The notes: generated by a model from the letters alone, not told the origin. A stretch of DNA of 64,000 bases from Candidatus Aenigmatarchaeota archaeon (GCA_016181005.1 JACPAE010000001.1:90508-154507), one strand, 5' to 3'. Positions 49,327 through 59,084 are shown, counted from the first letter of the stretch. Translations and numbers: made by a program.

Positions 49327-50463
49327 CTATGAAAAGAATTCTTTTATCTTAGTAGACACGTAGGTTATCTGCTCATCTGTCAACTCAGGGTACATTGGGA
49401 TGCTAAGTATCTCCTTTGAAACCTTCTCTGTAACTGGCAAGTCTCCTTCCTTATAACCCAAAGCTTTATAGGCCTGTTGAAGATGTAATGGAATAGGATA
49501 GTATATCTGAGTAGATATACCATTCTGTTTCAAAAAGTCTGCCAACTGATCCCGTTTACTTGTTCTTATTGTATAAACATAAAAAACATGCTTACAATCG
49601 TCCGCTTGGACAGGTAGTATGAGATTTTTTACACCTGACAAGAGCTCGTTATATAGCTTTGCATTCTTTCTCCTCTGTTCATTAAACTTTTCCAAAAATT
49701 TTAGTTTGACATTCAGAATTGCAGCCTGTATGTTAGCCATCCTATAATTAAATCCGATTATGTCGTGCTCGTATTTCTTTCCTTTGGCCCTTCCATGGTC
49801 TAGCAACATTGAAACCTTTTCGGCTATAGCTTCGTCATTAGTCACGACACATCCTGCATCGCCGAATGCACCCAGATTCTTAGCCGGAAAAAAACTGAAA
49901 CAGCCTATATCGCTCACGGGTACTCTCTTCTCTTTATACTCTGCACCGTGTGCTTGTGCACAATCTTCTATCACAGCAAGGCTGTACTTATCTGCCAACT
50001 CTTTTATCGCGTCCATGTCGCACGACTGTCCATAGAGATGGACAGGTATAATTGCCTTTGTTTTATCGTTTATTTTCTGCTCGATATGTTCAGTGTTAAT
50101 GTTGTAGGTGTTTTCGTCTATATCCACAAACTTTGGTAAAGCTCCCGCATGCACGATTGAAGCCGCCGTCGCTGTAAAGGTGTTTGCAACTGTTATAACC
50201 TCGTCTCCCTTTTGTATACCTGTGGCTCTAAGTGCCAGTTCCAAAGCAGTTGTGCATGAACTGCAACCGATAGCAAATTTTGAGCCGCAGAATTTTGCAA
50301 AATCTTGCTCAAATTCTTCTTTTGCTTTTCCTTTTATGAATTGTGTACTATCTATTACATCCTGAATAGCAGTGTCTATGTCATTTTTTAATTTCAAATA
50401 TTGTGTTTTGAGATCTACCAATGGAATTTTCATTTTAGCCATTAGATTATCTATTACCTTCAT
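49327..50463 (-). CDS. DegT/DnrJ/EryC1/StrS-family PLP-dependent sugar aminotransferase
   Basis: 378 aa, typical fold-type I family pattern. Confidence 0.9.
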   Translation of the reverse strand: MKVIDNLMAKMKIPLVDLKTQYLKLKNDIDTAIQDVIDSTQFIKGKAKEEFEQDFAKFCGSKFAIGCSSCTTALELALRATGIQKGDEVITVANTFTATAASIVHAGALPKFVDIDENTYNINTEHIEQKINDKTKAIIPVHLYGQSCDMDAIKELADKYSLAVIEDCAQAHGAEYKEKRVPVSDIGCFSFFPAKNLGAFGDAGCVVTNDEAIAEKVSMLLDHGRAKGKKYEHDIIGFNYRMANIQAAILNVKLKFLEKFNEQRRKNAKLYNELLSGVKNLILPVQADDCKHVFYVYTIRTSKRDQLADFLKQNGISTQIYYPIPLHLQQAYKALGYKEGDLPVTEKVSKEILSIPMYPELTDEQITYVSTKIKEFFS

Positions 50464-51187
50464 CGTTTATGAATCGAACGATTTGTGCAGGTATTCCCAT
50501 TACCAGTGCACGAGACGGTACATCTTTTGTGACTACTGCAGACGATGCTACTATTGCGTTATCCCCAATGACCACACCCGGAAGAAGGCTAGCATTTGCA
50601 CCAATTGCTGCCCCATTGCCTATTTTTGGACCTTTTATATGTTCCTTCCCATGTCCTCCCTTACCGAATGTGTTATCGTTGGTAGTTGCTACCAGTGTAC
50701 TGATAAAGACGTCTTCACCAATTTCGCAATTGCCTGTTATATGCGTGAGATCCATTATCTTCGTTCTGTTACCGATATGGGAATTGTAGCTTATGGTCAC
50801 ACCCCTCCCAATTACACAGAACTCTCCAATAGTCACTCTTTCTCTTATCGATACGTTATCACCGATGAGAGTGTTTTTTCCAATAAAAACATCGTAATAA
50901 ATGATTGCATTTGGGCCGATTGAACAATTTTCTCCGATAATTATTCTTTCTTTTTCGTACTCTGGTTCTCTGGTCAGTGCACCTGAGTTTTTTGGACGCT
51001 TTCCCAAGTATGCTCCTGGAAAGATTTCCACATTATTGCCTATAGTTACACCTGTCTCTATTATTACATTTGGGTGGATGGTAACATTATTTCCCAGAAT
51101 AACACCGGATTTGATAATGGCGAAATTTCCTATTGAAACGTTTTCTCCAATTTGGGTCGTCTCTACTATAGCAGTTTTTTCTATCAT
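50447..51187 (-). CDS. left-handed beta-helix (hexapeptide-repeat) sugar N-acyltransferase
   Basis: Continuous [LIV]G-x4 hexapeptide repeats. Overlaps both neighbours, so translationally coupled. Confidence 0.8.
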   Translation of the reverse strand: MIEKTAIVETTQIGENVSIGNFAIIKSGVILGNNVTIHPNVIIETGVTIGNNVEIFPGAYLGKRPKNSGALTREPEYEKERIIIGENCSIGPNAIIYYDVFIGKNTLIGDNVSIRERVTIGEFCVIGRGVTISYNSHIGNRTKIMDLTHITGNCEIGEDVFISTLVATTNDNTFGKGGHGKEHIKGPKIGNGAAIGANASLLPGVVIGDNAIVASSAVVTKDVPSRALVMGIPAQIVRFINDEGNR

Positions 51188-52176
51188 TCTTCCAACCTCT
51201 GTGTATCGAGGGTTTCGAGTATATCTTTCACTACATCCTCACCGATAAGCGAGATTATCTGGAAGGGTCCCATTACATGGTTTAATCCTAGTTTTATAGC
51301 TTCATCAATCTCTTCTTTGCTAGCAATCCCTTCTTCTACCATTTTTATGGCTTCTTTCAACTGAACCATAAGCAAGCGGTTTACGATGAAACCTGGTGAA
51401 TCGTGTACAACGATAGGTTTCTTGCCTAATCTCTCACAAAAATATAGTGCATCTTTTATTAATCTATCCGGTGTACTGTCAGTCTTCACTACTTCCACTA
51501 GCTTCATTTTGTTGACAGGATTAAAGAAATGGAGCCCTATCGTTCTGTTTTCTGCTCCTTTCGGAGAAAGGTAGGAAATTGGAATTGATGAGGTGTTTGA
51601 AGCTATAGTGCATTGCGTTGTTTGGCTGACTTTCTCAAGTACTTTTCTTTTTATTTCCTTGTCCTCACTCACGCATTCTATAACAAGACCGCATGGGGCA
51701 AGATCATTAAAATCTGTCGTTATTTTTAATAGTTGAATTTTTTTTCCAGTGTTATCGTGATCATTTGATTTTGATAGAATAGAATACAAAGATTCACGGA
51801 TTGTGTCTTTCTTATTGTTGTCTCGTGTCTTGACTATCGTCTTGAACCAATTATCTATAAGCAACGCTGCAATTCCAATTCCCATTTTCCCGCTACCTAT
51901 AACACCAACTATAATATTTTCGTTGTGGTGGTAATCCTGTATTATATGCGTTCCTCTAGCTACATCAGACCCTCTTTTAATTAATTTTTTCTCGTTACCA
52001 TTATCTGCTAGAAGCAGGAAATAAGGCGCGTTGTGTTTCTTAGAACCTGACAATACCTCACTCGAGTAAAGTACCTTAAAATCAGATAGTTTATTTTCTA
52101 CAATATTTCCATCGCAATAAATACATTCTTTTATTTCGTGGTTCCATTTACGATGGCAGTTAGAACACTCAAACAT
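51184..52176 (-). CDS. DUF35 (Zn-ribbon + OB fold) fused to 3-hydroxyacyl-CoA dehydrogenase
   Basis: N-terminal CSNCHRKW...CIYCDG plus KVLYSSEVLSG...APYFLLLADNGNEKKLIKRG (DUF35 pattern). Then GVIGSGKMGIGIA, SNTSSI, HFFNPV, PGFIVNRLL (HBD signatures). Confidence 0.8.
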   Translation of the reverse strand: MFECSNCHRKWNHEIKECIYCDGNIVENKLSDFKVLYSSEVLSGSKKHNAPYFLLLADNGNEKKLIKRGSDVARGTHIIQDYHHNENIIVGVIGSGKMGIGIAALLIDNWFKTIVKTRDNNKKDTIRESLYSILSKSNDHDNTGKKIQLLKITTDFNDLAPCGLVIECVSEDKEIKRKVLEKVSQTTQCTIASNTSSIPISYLSPKGAENRTIGLHFFNPVNKMKLVEVVKTDSTPDRLIKDALYFCERLGKKPIVVHDSPGFIVNRLLMVQLKEAIKMVEEGIASKEEIDEAIKLGLNHVMGPFQIISLIGEDVVKDILETLDTQRLEE

Positions 52177-53299
52177 ATATATTTCCTTTTAATATTGTTA
52201 CAACAGCACTTCCACCAGAACCTCCTATATTATGAGCTAGTCCGTACGCACGTTTTTTTACCTGTCTATCTCCAGCCTCTCCACGAAGTTGAGTGACTAA
52301 CTCGGTAATTTGAGCCACTCCAGTGGCTCCTATTGGATGACCGTCTGCTTTGAGACCGCCGTCTGTGTTAACTGGGAATTCGCCTGTAATACTGGTATTC
52401 AAGTCGGACGCTTTGCCGAATTTGCAAAACCCAATTGATTCGAGAGAAACGAGTTCATTTATCGTGAAACAGTCATGAATTTCGGCTAGTGAAATGTCAT
52501 TTGGTTTTATAGAGGCTTTGTTAAATGCCATTTTTGACGCTTTTTCAGTAGCTTTCATTTTAATGATGTCTTCCCGTTGGGTGATTGATAATGTATCAAC
52601 AGCCATTTCACTAGATAATATTTCGACATCTCTTTCGCTGGATTTTGTTGCCGATAGTATTACTGCAGCAGCTCCGTCTGAGATTGGACTGCAATCGAAT
52701 AGGCGCAACGGACTGCAAACAACAGGTGATTCTTTTATTTCATTCAATGTGACTTTCTTGTGGTAAAAATGAGCGAGTGGATTCTTGTTTGCATTCTCGT
52801 GGTTTTTTAGAGATATTCTATCCAACGCTTCGTGAGTAACACCATATTTATCGAAATATTCTGAAGCAATTAGAGCGTATGCTGCTGGATATGTCAATCC
52901 ATTATCTTGTTCCAGCCGTAAGTCGGCAGCAGACGCGAGTGCATCAGTAACTGTTGACACGTCACGATTGGTCATTTTCTCAACACCTACAACCAACACG
53001 TTTTCATAATTGTTTAAAAGTTTTGTAGCTAGATTGAATGCCGCACCACCGCTTGCACAAGCACTTTCTACTCTGATGCTCTGTTTATCAAACCCTGGAA
53101 GAAGGCTGGCTATTAATGAGTTTAAATGAGATTGGTTGTCTATCGTTCCTCCAAAAAAATTTGAGACAATGCATGCATCTATATCTTCTACACTAATTTT
53201 AGCGTCTTTTTTTGCATTTAATATCGCTTCGTACATCAATTGTGGTATCTGTTCTCTAAGCACACCAAATTTCGTGCGACCTACGCCACGTATGAACAT
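52169..53299 (-). CDS. archaeal-type thiolase (acetyl-CoA C-acetyltransferase / SCP-x-like)
   Basis: ESACASGGAA catalytic Cys, NTDGGL, GHPIGATG. Confidence 0.85.
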   Translation of the reverse strand: MFIRGVGRTKFGVLREQIPQLMYEAILNAKKDAKISVEDIDACIVSNFFGGTIDNQSHLNSLIASLLPGFDKQSIRVESACASGGAAFNLATKLLNNYENVLVVGVEKMTNRDVSTVTDALASAADLRLEQDNGLTYPAAYALIASEYFDKYGVTHEALDRISLKNHENANKNPLAHFYHKKVTLNEIKESPVVCSPLRLFDCSPISDGAAAVILSATKSSERDVEILSSEMAVDTLSITQREDIIKMKATEKASKMAFNKASIKPNDISLAEIHDCFTINELVSLESIGFCKFGKASDLNTSITGEFPVNTDGGLKADGHPIGATGVAQITELVTQLRGEAGDRQVKKRAYGLAHNIGGSGGSAVVTILKGNIYV

Positions 53300-53337
53300 A
53301 TCTAGAATATAAATGAAAGTGTTTATATACTTGTTTG

Positions 53338-54337
53338 CTATAATGCATTTTCTAGATTAACCGGCACTCCGTTTTGTGCAGATTTCATAGCAGCTTCGAG
53401 TATTTTGACTATTTCCAAGCCAACTTTTCCATCGGATATTGGCCTCTTTCTGGTTTGAATACACTCAATAAAATGTTTCAACTCCTCTTTAAGAGGTTCT
53501 ATATTTTCTAGGCTAAGTGCTGATTTACCGCCTTCGCGCGTTATTATCTTATAATCACCGAATGAATTGGATATTGGGTAAGATCCTGAATCATAAACAA
53601 CAAGTTCGTTCTTCATCGAATCAACAAAAGCACTTTTCTTTTCACCGACTATCCAAAAATCACGGAGCTTTACAGGGGATAACCAACCAACTTGAGAATA
53701 CCCTAGAACACCGCTTTTGAATTTTGCAACTATAAGAGCAAAATCTTCAAACTCTCTTTTTAAAGTATTGGTTGTTATTGCAGTTATTTCTGTCGGTCGT
53801 TCATCTAAAATATTTGTTATTATATCGAAATCATGAACTGCGAAATTAAAAATTACACCACAGTCTTCACGTGGCTTTCTGAGACCCATTCGCATTAATG
53901 AAAGGTAGTGTATATTACCGAACTCTCCAGAAACTTTTAATTCTTTAGCCTTTTTGACAGCTGGATCAAAGCGGAATGTATGACCTACCATTAGTATTAC
54001 GTTGTTTTTTTCAGCTGTTTCCACCATATTTTCAGCGTCAGTTCTATTAAGCGCCAATGGCTTCTCAACTAACACATGTTTTCCAGCGTTCATACATTCT
54101 ATGGCTATTGAGGCATGTGTTGAAGCCGGTGTACATATACTTATTGCTTCTATATCGCTGTTTATGATATCTTTATAGTTTTTTGTAACACTGGTACCCA
54201 ATTTTTGGGCATCTTTTAAAGCGTTGTCATTCAAGTCAGAAACCATTTTTAACTCAATGTTTTCAAGTGAACGATATATTCGTATATGATTACGCCCCCA
54301 TTGACCTGCACCTATTACACCTACTTTCGTGTATCAT
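53338..54337 (-). pseudogene. Gfo/Idh/MocA-family oxidoreductase with +1 frameshift at codon 4 (or sequencing indel)
   Basis: The table ORF (53338-54246) begins after the Rossmann motif. In frame upstream, directly after a TGA, lies YTKVGVIGAGQWGRNHIRIY. An ATG at 54337 in the +1 frame reads MIHE and then joins with a 1-nt slip next to an AAA run. Confidence 0.65.
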
Positions 54338-54382
54338 CACCTTTTCAGATTTATTTATAAATCTTAAAGTTTAAAAAGGAAC

Positions 54383-54841
54383 ATGAAAATTTTGATGCCG
54401 ACAAGCCCTGGTGGACATTTGAAACAGAGCCTATTGCTGGCCAATCGTCTTAAAATGAAGTTTGATTTAGTTTTCGTAACTTACAAGACGCCTCTAACAA
54501 AAGAAATTTTAAAAAACTACAATACAGAGTTCGTTATAGATCCGTATAGGGGAATAAAATCACTGTTTAGATATCCTGTCCTAGTACTTCAAGCTTTAGG
54601 TATACTACTAAAAGAGAGACCCAATGCAATTGTTACTCCCGGTTCAAATATACCTATACCATTCTGCTACTTGGGCAAACTGTTAGGTATAAAGGTTATT
54701 TTCATAGAAAGCTGGTCTAGGGTCAAGACTCGTTCCACATCTGGTAAATTTGCATATAAGATAGCAGATCTATTTTTTATTCAATGGAAACCCTTAAAAA
54801 AACTCTATCCTAAAGCTGTATATGCCGGTAGGTTTATGTGA
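54383..54841 (+). CDS. Alg14-like membrane-anchor subunit of split GT28 glycosyltransferase
   Basis: 152 aa with PF08660-like pattern (SPGGHL...IESWSRV). Confidence 0.65.
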   Translation: MKILMPTSPGGHLKQSLLLANRLKMKFDLVFVTYKTPLTKEILKNYNTEFVIDPYRGIKSLFRYPVLVLQALGILLKERPNAIVTPGSNIPIPFCYLGKLLGIKVIFIESWSRVKTRSTSGKFAYKIADLFFIQWKPLKKLYPKAVYAGRFM

Positions 54842-55281
54842 TATTCGTAATTGCTGGGGAACCAAGTTTTGAAGAATTGATAAAAGAAATCGATAGAATA
54901 GTACCGGAATTAAAAGAACCTGTAATAGCGCAGATAGGAAACGGTAAATATATCCCAAAAAATTGCAAATGGTTCAGAGTTCATTTTCCTCTATATCCAT
55001 ATTATAAGAAAGCAGATATTATTGTGTCGCATCATGGCGCAGGCACTATATTTGAGGTGCTGAAATTTCACAAAAAGCTTATTTGTGTGGAAAATGCTTT
55101 CAAAGGACGCAATCCGGATCTCATGAGTGAGTTAAGTAAAGGAGGGTATTTGATTGATTGTAAAAAAATTAGTGACTTGAAGAAATGTATTAGTTTGGCT
55201 AGAAAAACAAAGATAAAAAAATACAAGTCCCCTAAATGTGAAATTGGCGAAACAATTATAAAATTTTTGAACCGGGATTAA
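54838..55281 (+). CDS. Alg13-like catalytic subunit (GT28 C-terminal domain)
   Basis: SHHGAGTIFE glycosyltransferase-28 C-domain. Overlaps the Alg14-like stop. Confidence 0.65.
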   Translation: MIFVIAGEPSFEELIKEIDRIVPELKEPVIAQIGNGKYIPKNCKWFRVHFPLYPYYKKADIIVSHHGAGTIFEVLKFHKKLICVENAFKGRNPDLMSELSKGGYLIDCKKISDLKKCISLARKTKIKKYKSPKCEIGETIIKFLNRD

Positions 55282-57974
55282 GTTAATCGTGTTGGCGACA
55301 AGTACCGAGACTTTACACCATTAAACTCAAACAACAGTTCGCCGTGACATTGCAGGCATTTTCCTGCTAACGGCACTGCCTTGTACAGTGTGTCGCAATT
55401 TAGGCAAGAAAACGAGTCGTACGCTGGTAGGGGCTGCTGCAGGGTTTCTCCGTTTGTCGGCTTTATCCTGTTGCCCCTGAACAATTCTTTCAGTAACATC
55501 TGCCTTCCCAGTCCTGTCAATTCGTTTTTACTAATCCCGATGACTTCAAAGACCCTTTCCAAAGGAGGCAATATCTGATTCTCAATATAGTATCTTGAAT
55601 CGACTGCTATCTTATTTTCCTTCACGTAATCAGGATCCTCCGCGCGTTCGGACAGCAGCTGCATTCCTTTGACTATAACAAACCCCACGCGGTCACCAAC
55701 GCCTGGCGACGAACCGTTTCTCTTCTTCAATTTCTTAACAAGCTCGACGTGAGGTTGTATCCCTTTATATGAACTTATTGCCTTGGATATGCTTTTCGTA
55801 ATCACTAGGTCTTCAATGGGAACCTCGTTTCTTTCAAGCCTTTGCGTGATATCCTTAACGTACCTAAATGCCTTTTTTGTATCCTGCTCTTTCAACAAAA
55901 TATTTAATACTTCAAACAACGTCTTGGTTGTAGCGTCGCACCAGTCGCGTCTGACTGTCTCAATGCCTTTCATCACTATTTCTTCTTTCCATTCACCGTC
56001 AATTTTTTCATAGCTTAAACCTGCATATCTTTTTTTCGAAAGAATTAAAAGCGACTTGTAAACACTTTCAATTTTTAACTGGACTATGCCGTCGAGTTCT
56101 GTATTCACCAATTTTTCGACTTCATGACCGATTCTAACCGCCTCGTCTAAATCTCTCGTATTAGTCTTGACCATTATTGAATCTGTGTCCCCGTAGACTA
56201 CCTGGTAGCTGGTGCCTTTTTCCACTATCTCCTTAGTCCTGTTTATCAGAAACCTACCGCATCCAGTGATCGTATTCGCGATTTCCATGATGTACAATCT
56301 CGCCCTTAGGTATCCTGTGTATCCGTAGAATGCGTTCGTCATTATTTTAAGGGCAAGCTGTTTTGCCTCCAGGATTCTCTTAATCTCCCCACTAGATTTC
56401 CTTACACTGTCTCTAACCTTGTCCCTTTCAAATATCAACCGTTTTAAAATTGCAGGTATGACACCTTCCCTAACTTTTGGCGAGACGAACTTTGTCTCAT
56501 AGGGTGTCGTTATGGTGTCCGCTCCATTGTTTTCATCCTTGATAAGCGTTGTTGGACAGATATTGTAAGCTATGAAAATAGACGGGTACATCGACTTGAA
56601 ATCAAGATAAACCACAGATTCTGTATGCAGCCCAAGCGTCGGTTCTAGCACCAGCGCGCCTTTTAGTGTTTGTATCTCGGTTTCTTCGGAGTGCGTTCCA
56701 TCGACTGGTTTGTCTGGCAGTATGAAGCTATGAAGGTTGAACTCTCGCAGCAGAAGGTTCTCAACCCTTTGCGCCTCCCCACCGTCAAGGCAGTCCTGTA
56801 GTAGAAGTCCAGACACCTTACTCAACTCAAGAAACTTGTCTATAAACGACTTTTCTAAGAGAAGTCTTAGTGGGAGCACGGAATCTTTTTCCGCATAGTC
56901 TATCAGCTTTGACAGCTGTTCTTCCGTTCCGTGCCAGTATGAATATATTTCGCTGTGCGGGATGTTTATTTTTTCATCGTTCAGAAGTGCGCGGGACACG
57001 TCACCCAATCCCAAACGCTTCAATCTTAGATTTCCTTTTTGTATTGACTCTTTAATCAAGGCATACGTGTCTACAATCACCCTGCCTGTAACAGTGTTCC
57101 TGAATTGTTGTCCGAATTTTCTTGAAGAAGCCGGTTTTTGATTGCACCTTCCTATTGTTTGATGGAGCTTGTTTTCTCTAAGCCTATCGAGGATGTATGG
57201 AAAATCGAAGCCGTTTATATTATATCCTACCAACAGGTCTGGGTCGTAGGCTTCGATCACTCTTAAGAATTCTTGGAGCATTTCCTTCTCTGAAGAGAAG
57301 ACTTTTACGTTGCTTCTTACTCTAGTCCTTTTTGCGACCAGGGACAGGCTCTTGTGGTTATTGTAGTCGGGATTAAATGTAAGGCTTATTATTCCGATTT
57401 CATCTTTTCTAGAATCTGGTATGACATCTTTAGATATCGTCTCTATGTCTATGGAGAGATACTTGAAACTGCCATTCTCAGGGTTCTCAACTTCGGCAAA
57501 ATCCTCGACGTCCATCGAAATGTCGCACTTTACCGTGTTAGTCTTGGACGGCCTGCCTTTTACGTTAAGCCATTTAAAGCCGGATATTCCCATGTCTGCC
57601 ATAAACCTGTACTTGAAAAGTATGTCAGACTCGAACACCGATTGTACAAAACTCTCCTTCTTTAGCGATTCCCTTACTTCCGGTACCTTTGACGGATCTG
57701 TCAAGGTTACTTTCAGCATCTTCGTTTTTTCCTTTTGGTAATTAATCGACTTGAATCTCTCAACTTCTTCAATGTTTTTTATTATTTGGAAGTTTTTTTT
57801 CAGAAATTCCACCACCTTGTCCTTCTGTTTCGGCAGTACGTAGAAATAGGGATAGAACCCCCTATAAAAACCGCAGACAGCTTTACCTTCCTTGGTTTTG
57901 CCGAAAAGTCTGACTATTGGAGCATTGTCAAGAACTATATAATCGCAGTCTAGAAGCTGAAATTGAATTTCCAT
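55278..57974 (-). CDS. polB: family-B DNA polymerase with C-terminal Cys4 zinc-finger extension
   Basis: Exo I YLSIDIET, KxxxNSxYG-like KIMTNAFYGYTGY, YGDTDS, and KKRYAG. An extra ~70 aa after YYIENQILPPLERVF contains CLNCDT...(12 aa)...CLQCH. Confidence 0.95.
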   Translation of the reverse strand: MEIQFQLLDCDYIVLDNAPIVRLFGKTKEGKAVCGFYRGFYPYFYVLPKQKDKVVEFLKKNFQIIKNIEEVERFKSINYQKEKTKMLKVTLTDPSKVPEVRESLKKESFVQSVFESDILFKYRFMADMGISGFKWLNVKGRPSKTNTVKCDISMDVEDFAEVENPENGSFKYLSIDIETISKDVIPDSRKDEIGIISLTFNPDYNNHKSLSLVAKRTRVRSNVKVFSSEKEMLQEFLRVIEAYDPDLLVGYNINGFDFPYILDRLRENKLHQTIGRCNQKPASSRKFGQQFRNTVTGRVIVDTYALIKESIQKGNLRLKRLGLGDVSRALLNDEKINIPHSEIYSYWHGTEEQLSKLIDYAEKDSVLPLRLLLEKSFIDKFLELSKVSGLLLQDCLDGGEAQRVENLLLREFNLHSFILPDKPVDGTHSEETEIQTLKGALVLEPTLGLHTESVVYLDFKSMYPSIFIAYNICPTTLIKDENNGADTITTPYETKFVSPKVREGVIPAILKRLIFERDKVRDSVRKSSGEIKRILEAKQLALKIMTNAFYGYTGYLRARLYIMEIANTITGCGRFLINRTKEIVEKGTSYQVVYGDTDSIMVKTNTRDLDEAVRIGHEVEKLVNTELDGIVQLKIESVYKSLLILSKKRYAGLSYEKIDGEWKEEIVMKGIETVRRDWCDATTKTLFEVLNILLKEQDTKKAFRYVKDITQRLERNEVPIEDLVITKSISKAISSYKGIQPHVELVKKLKKRNGSSPGVGDRVGFVIVKGMQLLSERAEDPDYVKENKIAVDSRYYIENQILPPLERVFEVIGISKNELTGLGRQMLLKELFRGNRIKPTNGETLQQPLPAYDSFSCLNCDTLYKAVPLAGKCLQCHGELLFEFNGVKSRYLSPTRLT

Positions 57975-57981
57975 ACTCTAG

Positions 57982-59067
57982 TTATAAGAAGCTAGTTTTA
58001 AATATTTCCCGCGTCTGCAAATCGACATGCCATAAAATAGGAACTGCGCTATCTCCGCCTAACAAGACTGTTGTTCCCTTGTAATTGTAAACTGCTGGGT
58101 CCCCTTTAGTCATGATGATAATGTCCGGCACTATGTCAAGGAAATATATGTTGCCTTCATGAAGACTGCTGGAAGGATTTAGATTCCGCCTTTTAAGCAG
58201 CAGCGTCATTGTTTTTTCCATGTCAATATCCCACTTTTCCGCATAATGGGACAAGAGATTGCTACTTGTCAGGAAAATTTTAACGTTGTTGAATTCAATT
58301 AGGGCTGGGTTGGGATACAACATTTCTTCCTTGTTATTCGCTTCCCCTCCGAAAAAAAATATTTCATGTTCGCTTAAATCGGCTTTCAGCCTTCCTATAT
58401 CAATATCGGTTTCCAACAAAAAAATCTTTGTGGAAGGTTGTTTTCGTACCAACTCCAATAACTTGCCATAATTTTTTATGTCGAGTTTTGTTGGAAGGAT
58501 TGTGATATGACTGGGTTGTTCGCTTTTTACAACAGCCCTTTTAATTTCTATGTCAGGAAATATCACCTCTGTTACTTTAATGAATCCTTCTTCCTTTTCA
58601 CAGACTAGCGCGACAATATCATTTTCAAGCAGGTGTTCTAAAATCTCTGGGGACGCTTCAAGAGTTAAACTGCCTGTATTGTCCTCTATTTTAATTTCCC
58701 TTTCACCAACTTGTGTGACCAATGCGATTAACGTGAACTTTGGCAGTTTGTCGGAGATTCTGTTTGCCGATATTAGATTTTCGAGATTTTTTTTAGCTAA
58801 AAGAGTTTTTATAAAACTGTACCGGTAGTTGATGAGTTCCGTTGCATCTTCTACAGAATACCTTTTCTTAAGCTCAAGTTGTTTGAGGATTTTGACAGAC
58901 CTTCCCTTTAATATAAAATCTTCGCTTAGAACAAGTGGCAGCTCTTTTAGCGACATGCTCGTTATTTCTTCTAGCCTCTCAGGATGATTATAAAGTGTGT
59001 CCAATGCTTCGCTATTGACTTGAATGCCCTTATTTAGGAAGTGCTTTAGAATTTCGGACTTGTCCAT
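57982..59067 (-). CDS. DP1-like (PolD small subunit / eukaryotic B-subunit-like) protein with degenerate phosphoesterase motifs
   Basis: DP1-type N-terminal helical domain (LKHFLNKGIQVNSEALDTL), OB-fold segment (IKIEDNTGSLTLEASPE...IVALVCEKEEGFIKVTEVIFPD), then a PDE-like region. Motifs I-III read LDIKNYG, ETDIDIG, GGEANN instead of DxHxG, GDxxD, GNHD. Confidence 0.55.
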   Translation of the reverse strand: MDKSEILKHFLNKGIQVNSEALDTLYNHPERLEEITSMSLKELPLVLSEDFILKGRSVKILKQLELKKRYSVEDATELINYRYSFIKTLLAKKNLENLISANRISDKLPKFTLIALVTQVGEREIKIEDNTGSLTLEASPEILEHLLENDIVALVCEKEEGFIKVTEVIFPDIEIKRAVVKSEQPSHITILPTKLDIKNYGKLLELVRKQPSTKIFLLETDIDIGRLKADLSEHEIFFFGGEANNKEEMLYPNPALIEFNNVKIFLTSSNLLSHYAEKWDIDMEKTMTLLLKRRNLNPSSSLHEGNIYFLDIVPDIIIMTKGDPAVYNYKGTTVLLGGDSAVPILWHVDLQTREIFKTSFL

Positions 59068-59084
59068 ACCCTCGTTCTAGTTTT

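Noticed and set aside
55278-59067. PolB block as a casposon or viral protein-primed polymerase
   Set aside because: PolB has canonical exonuclease and polymerase motifs without TPR insertions, no Cas1 or integrase, no visible terminal inverted repeats. Neighbours are core repair and translation genes.
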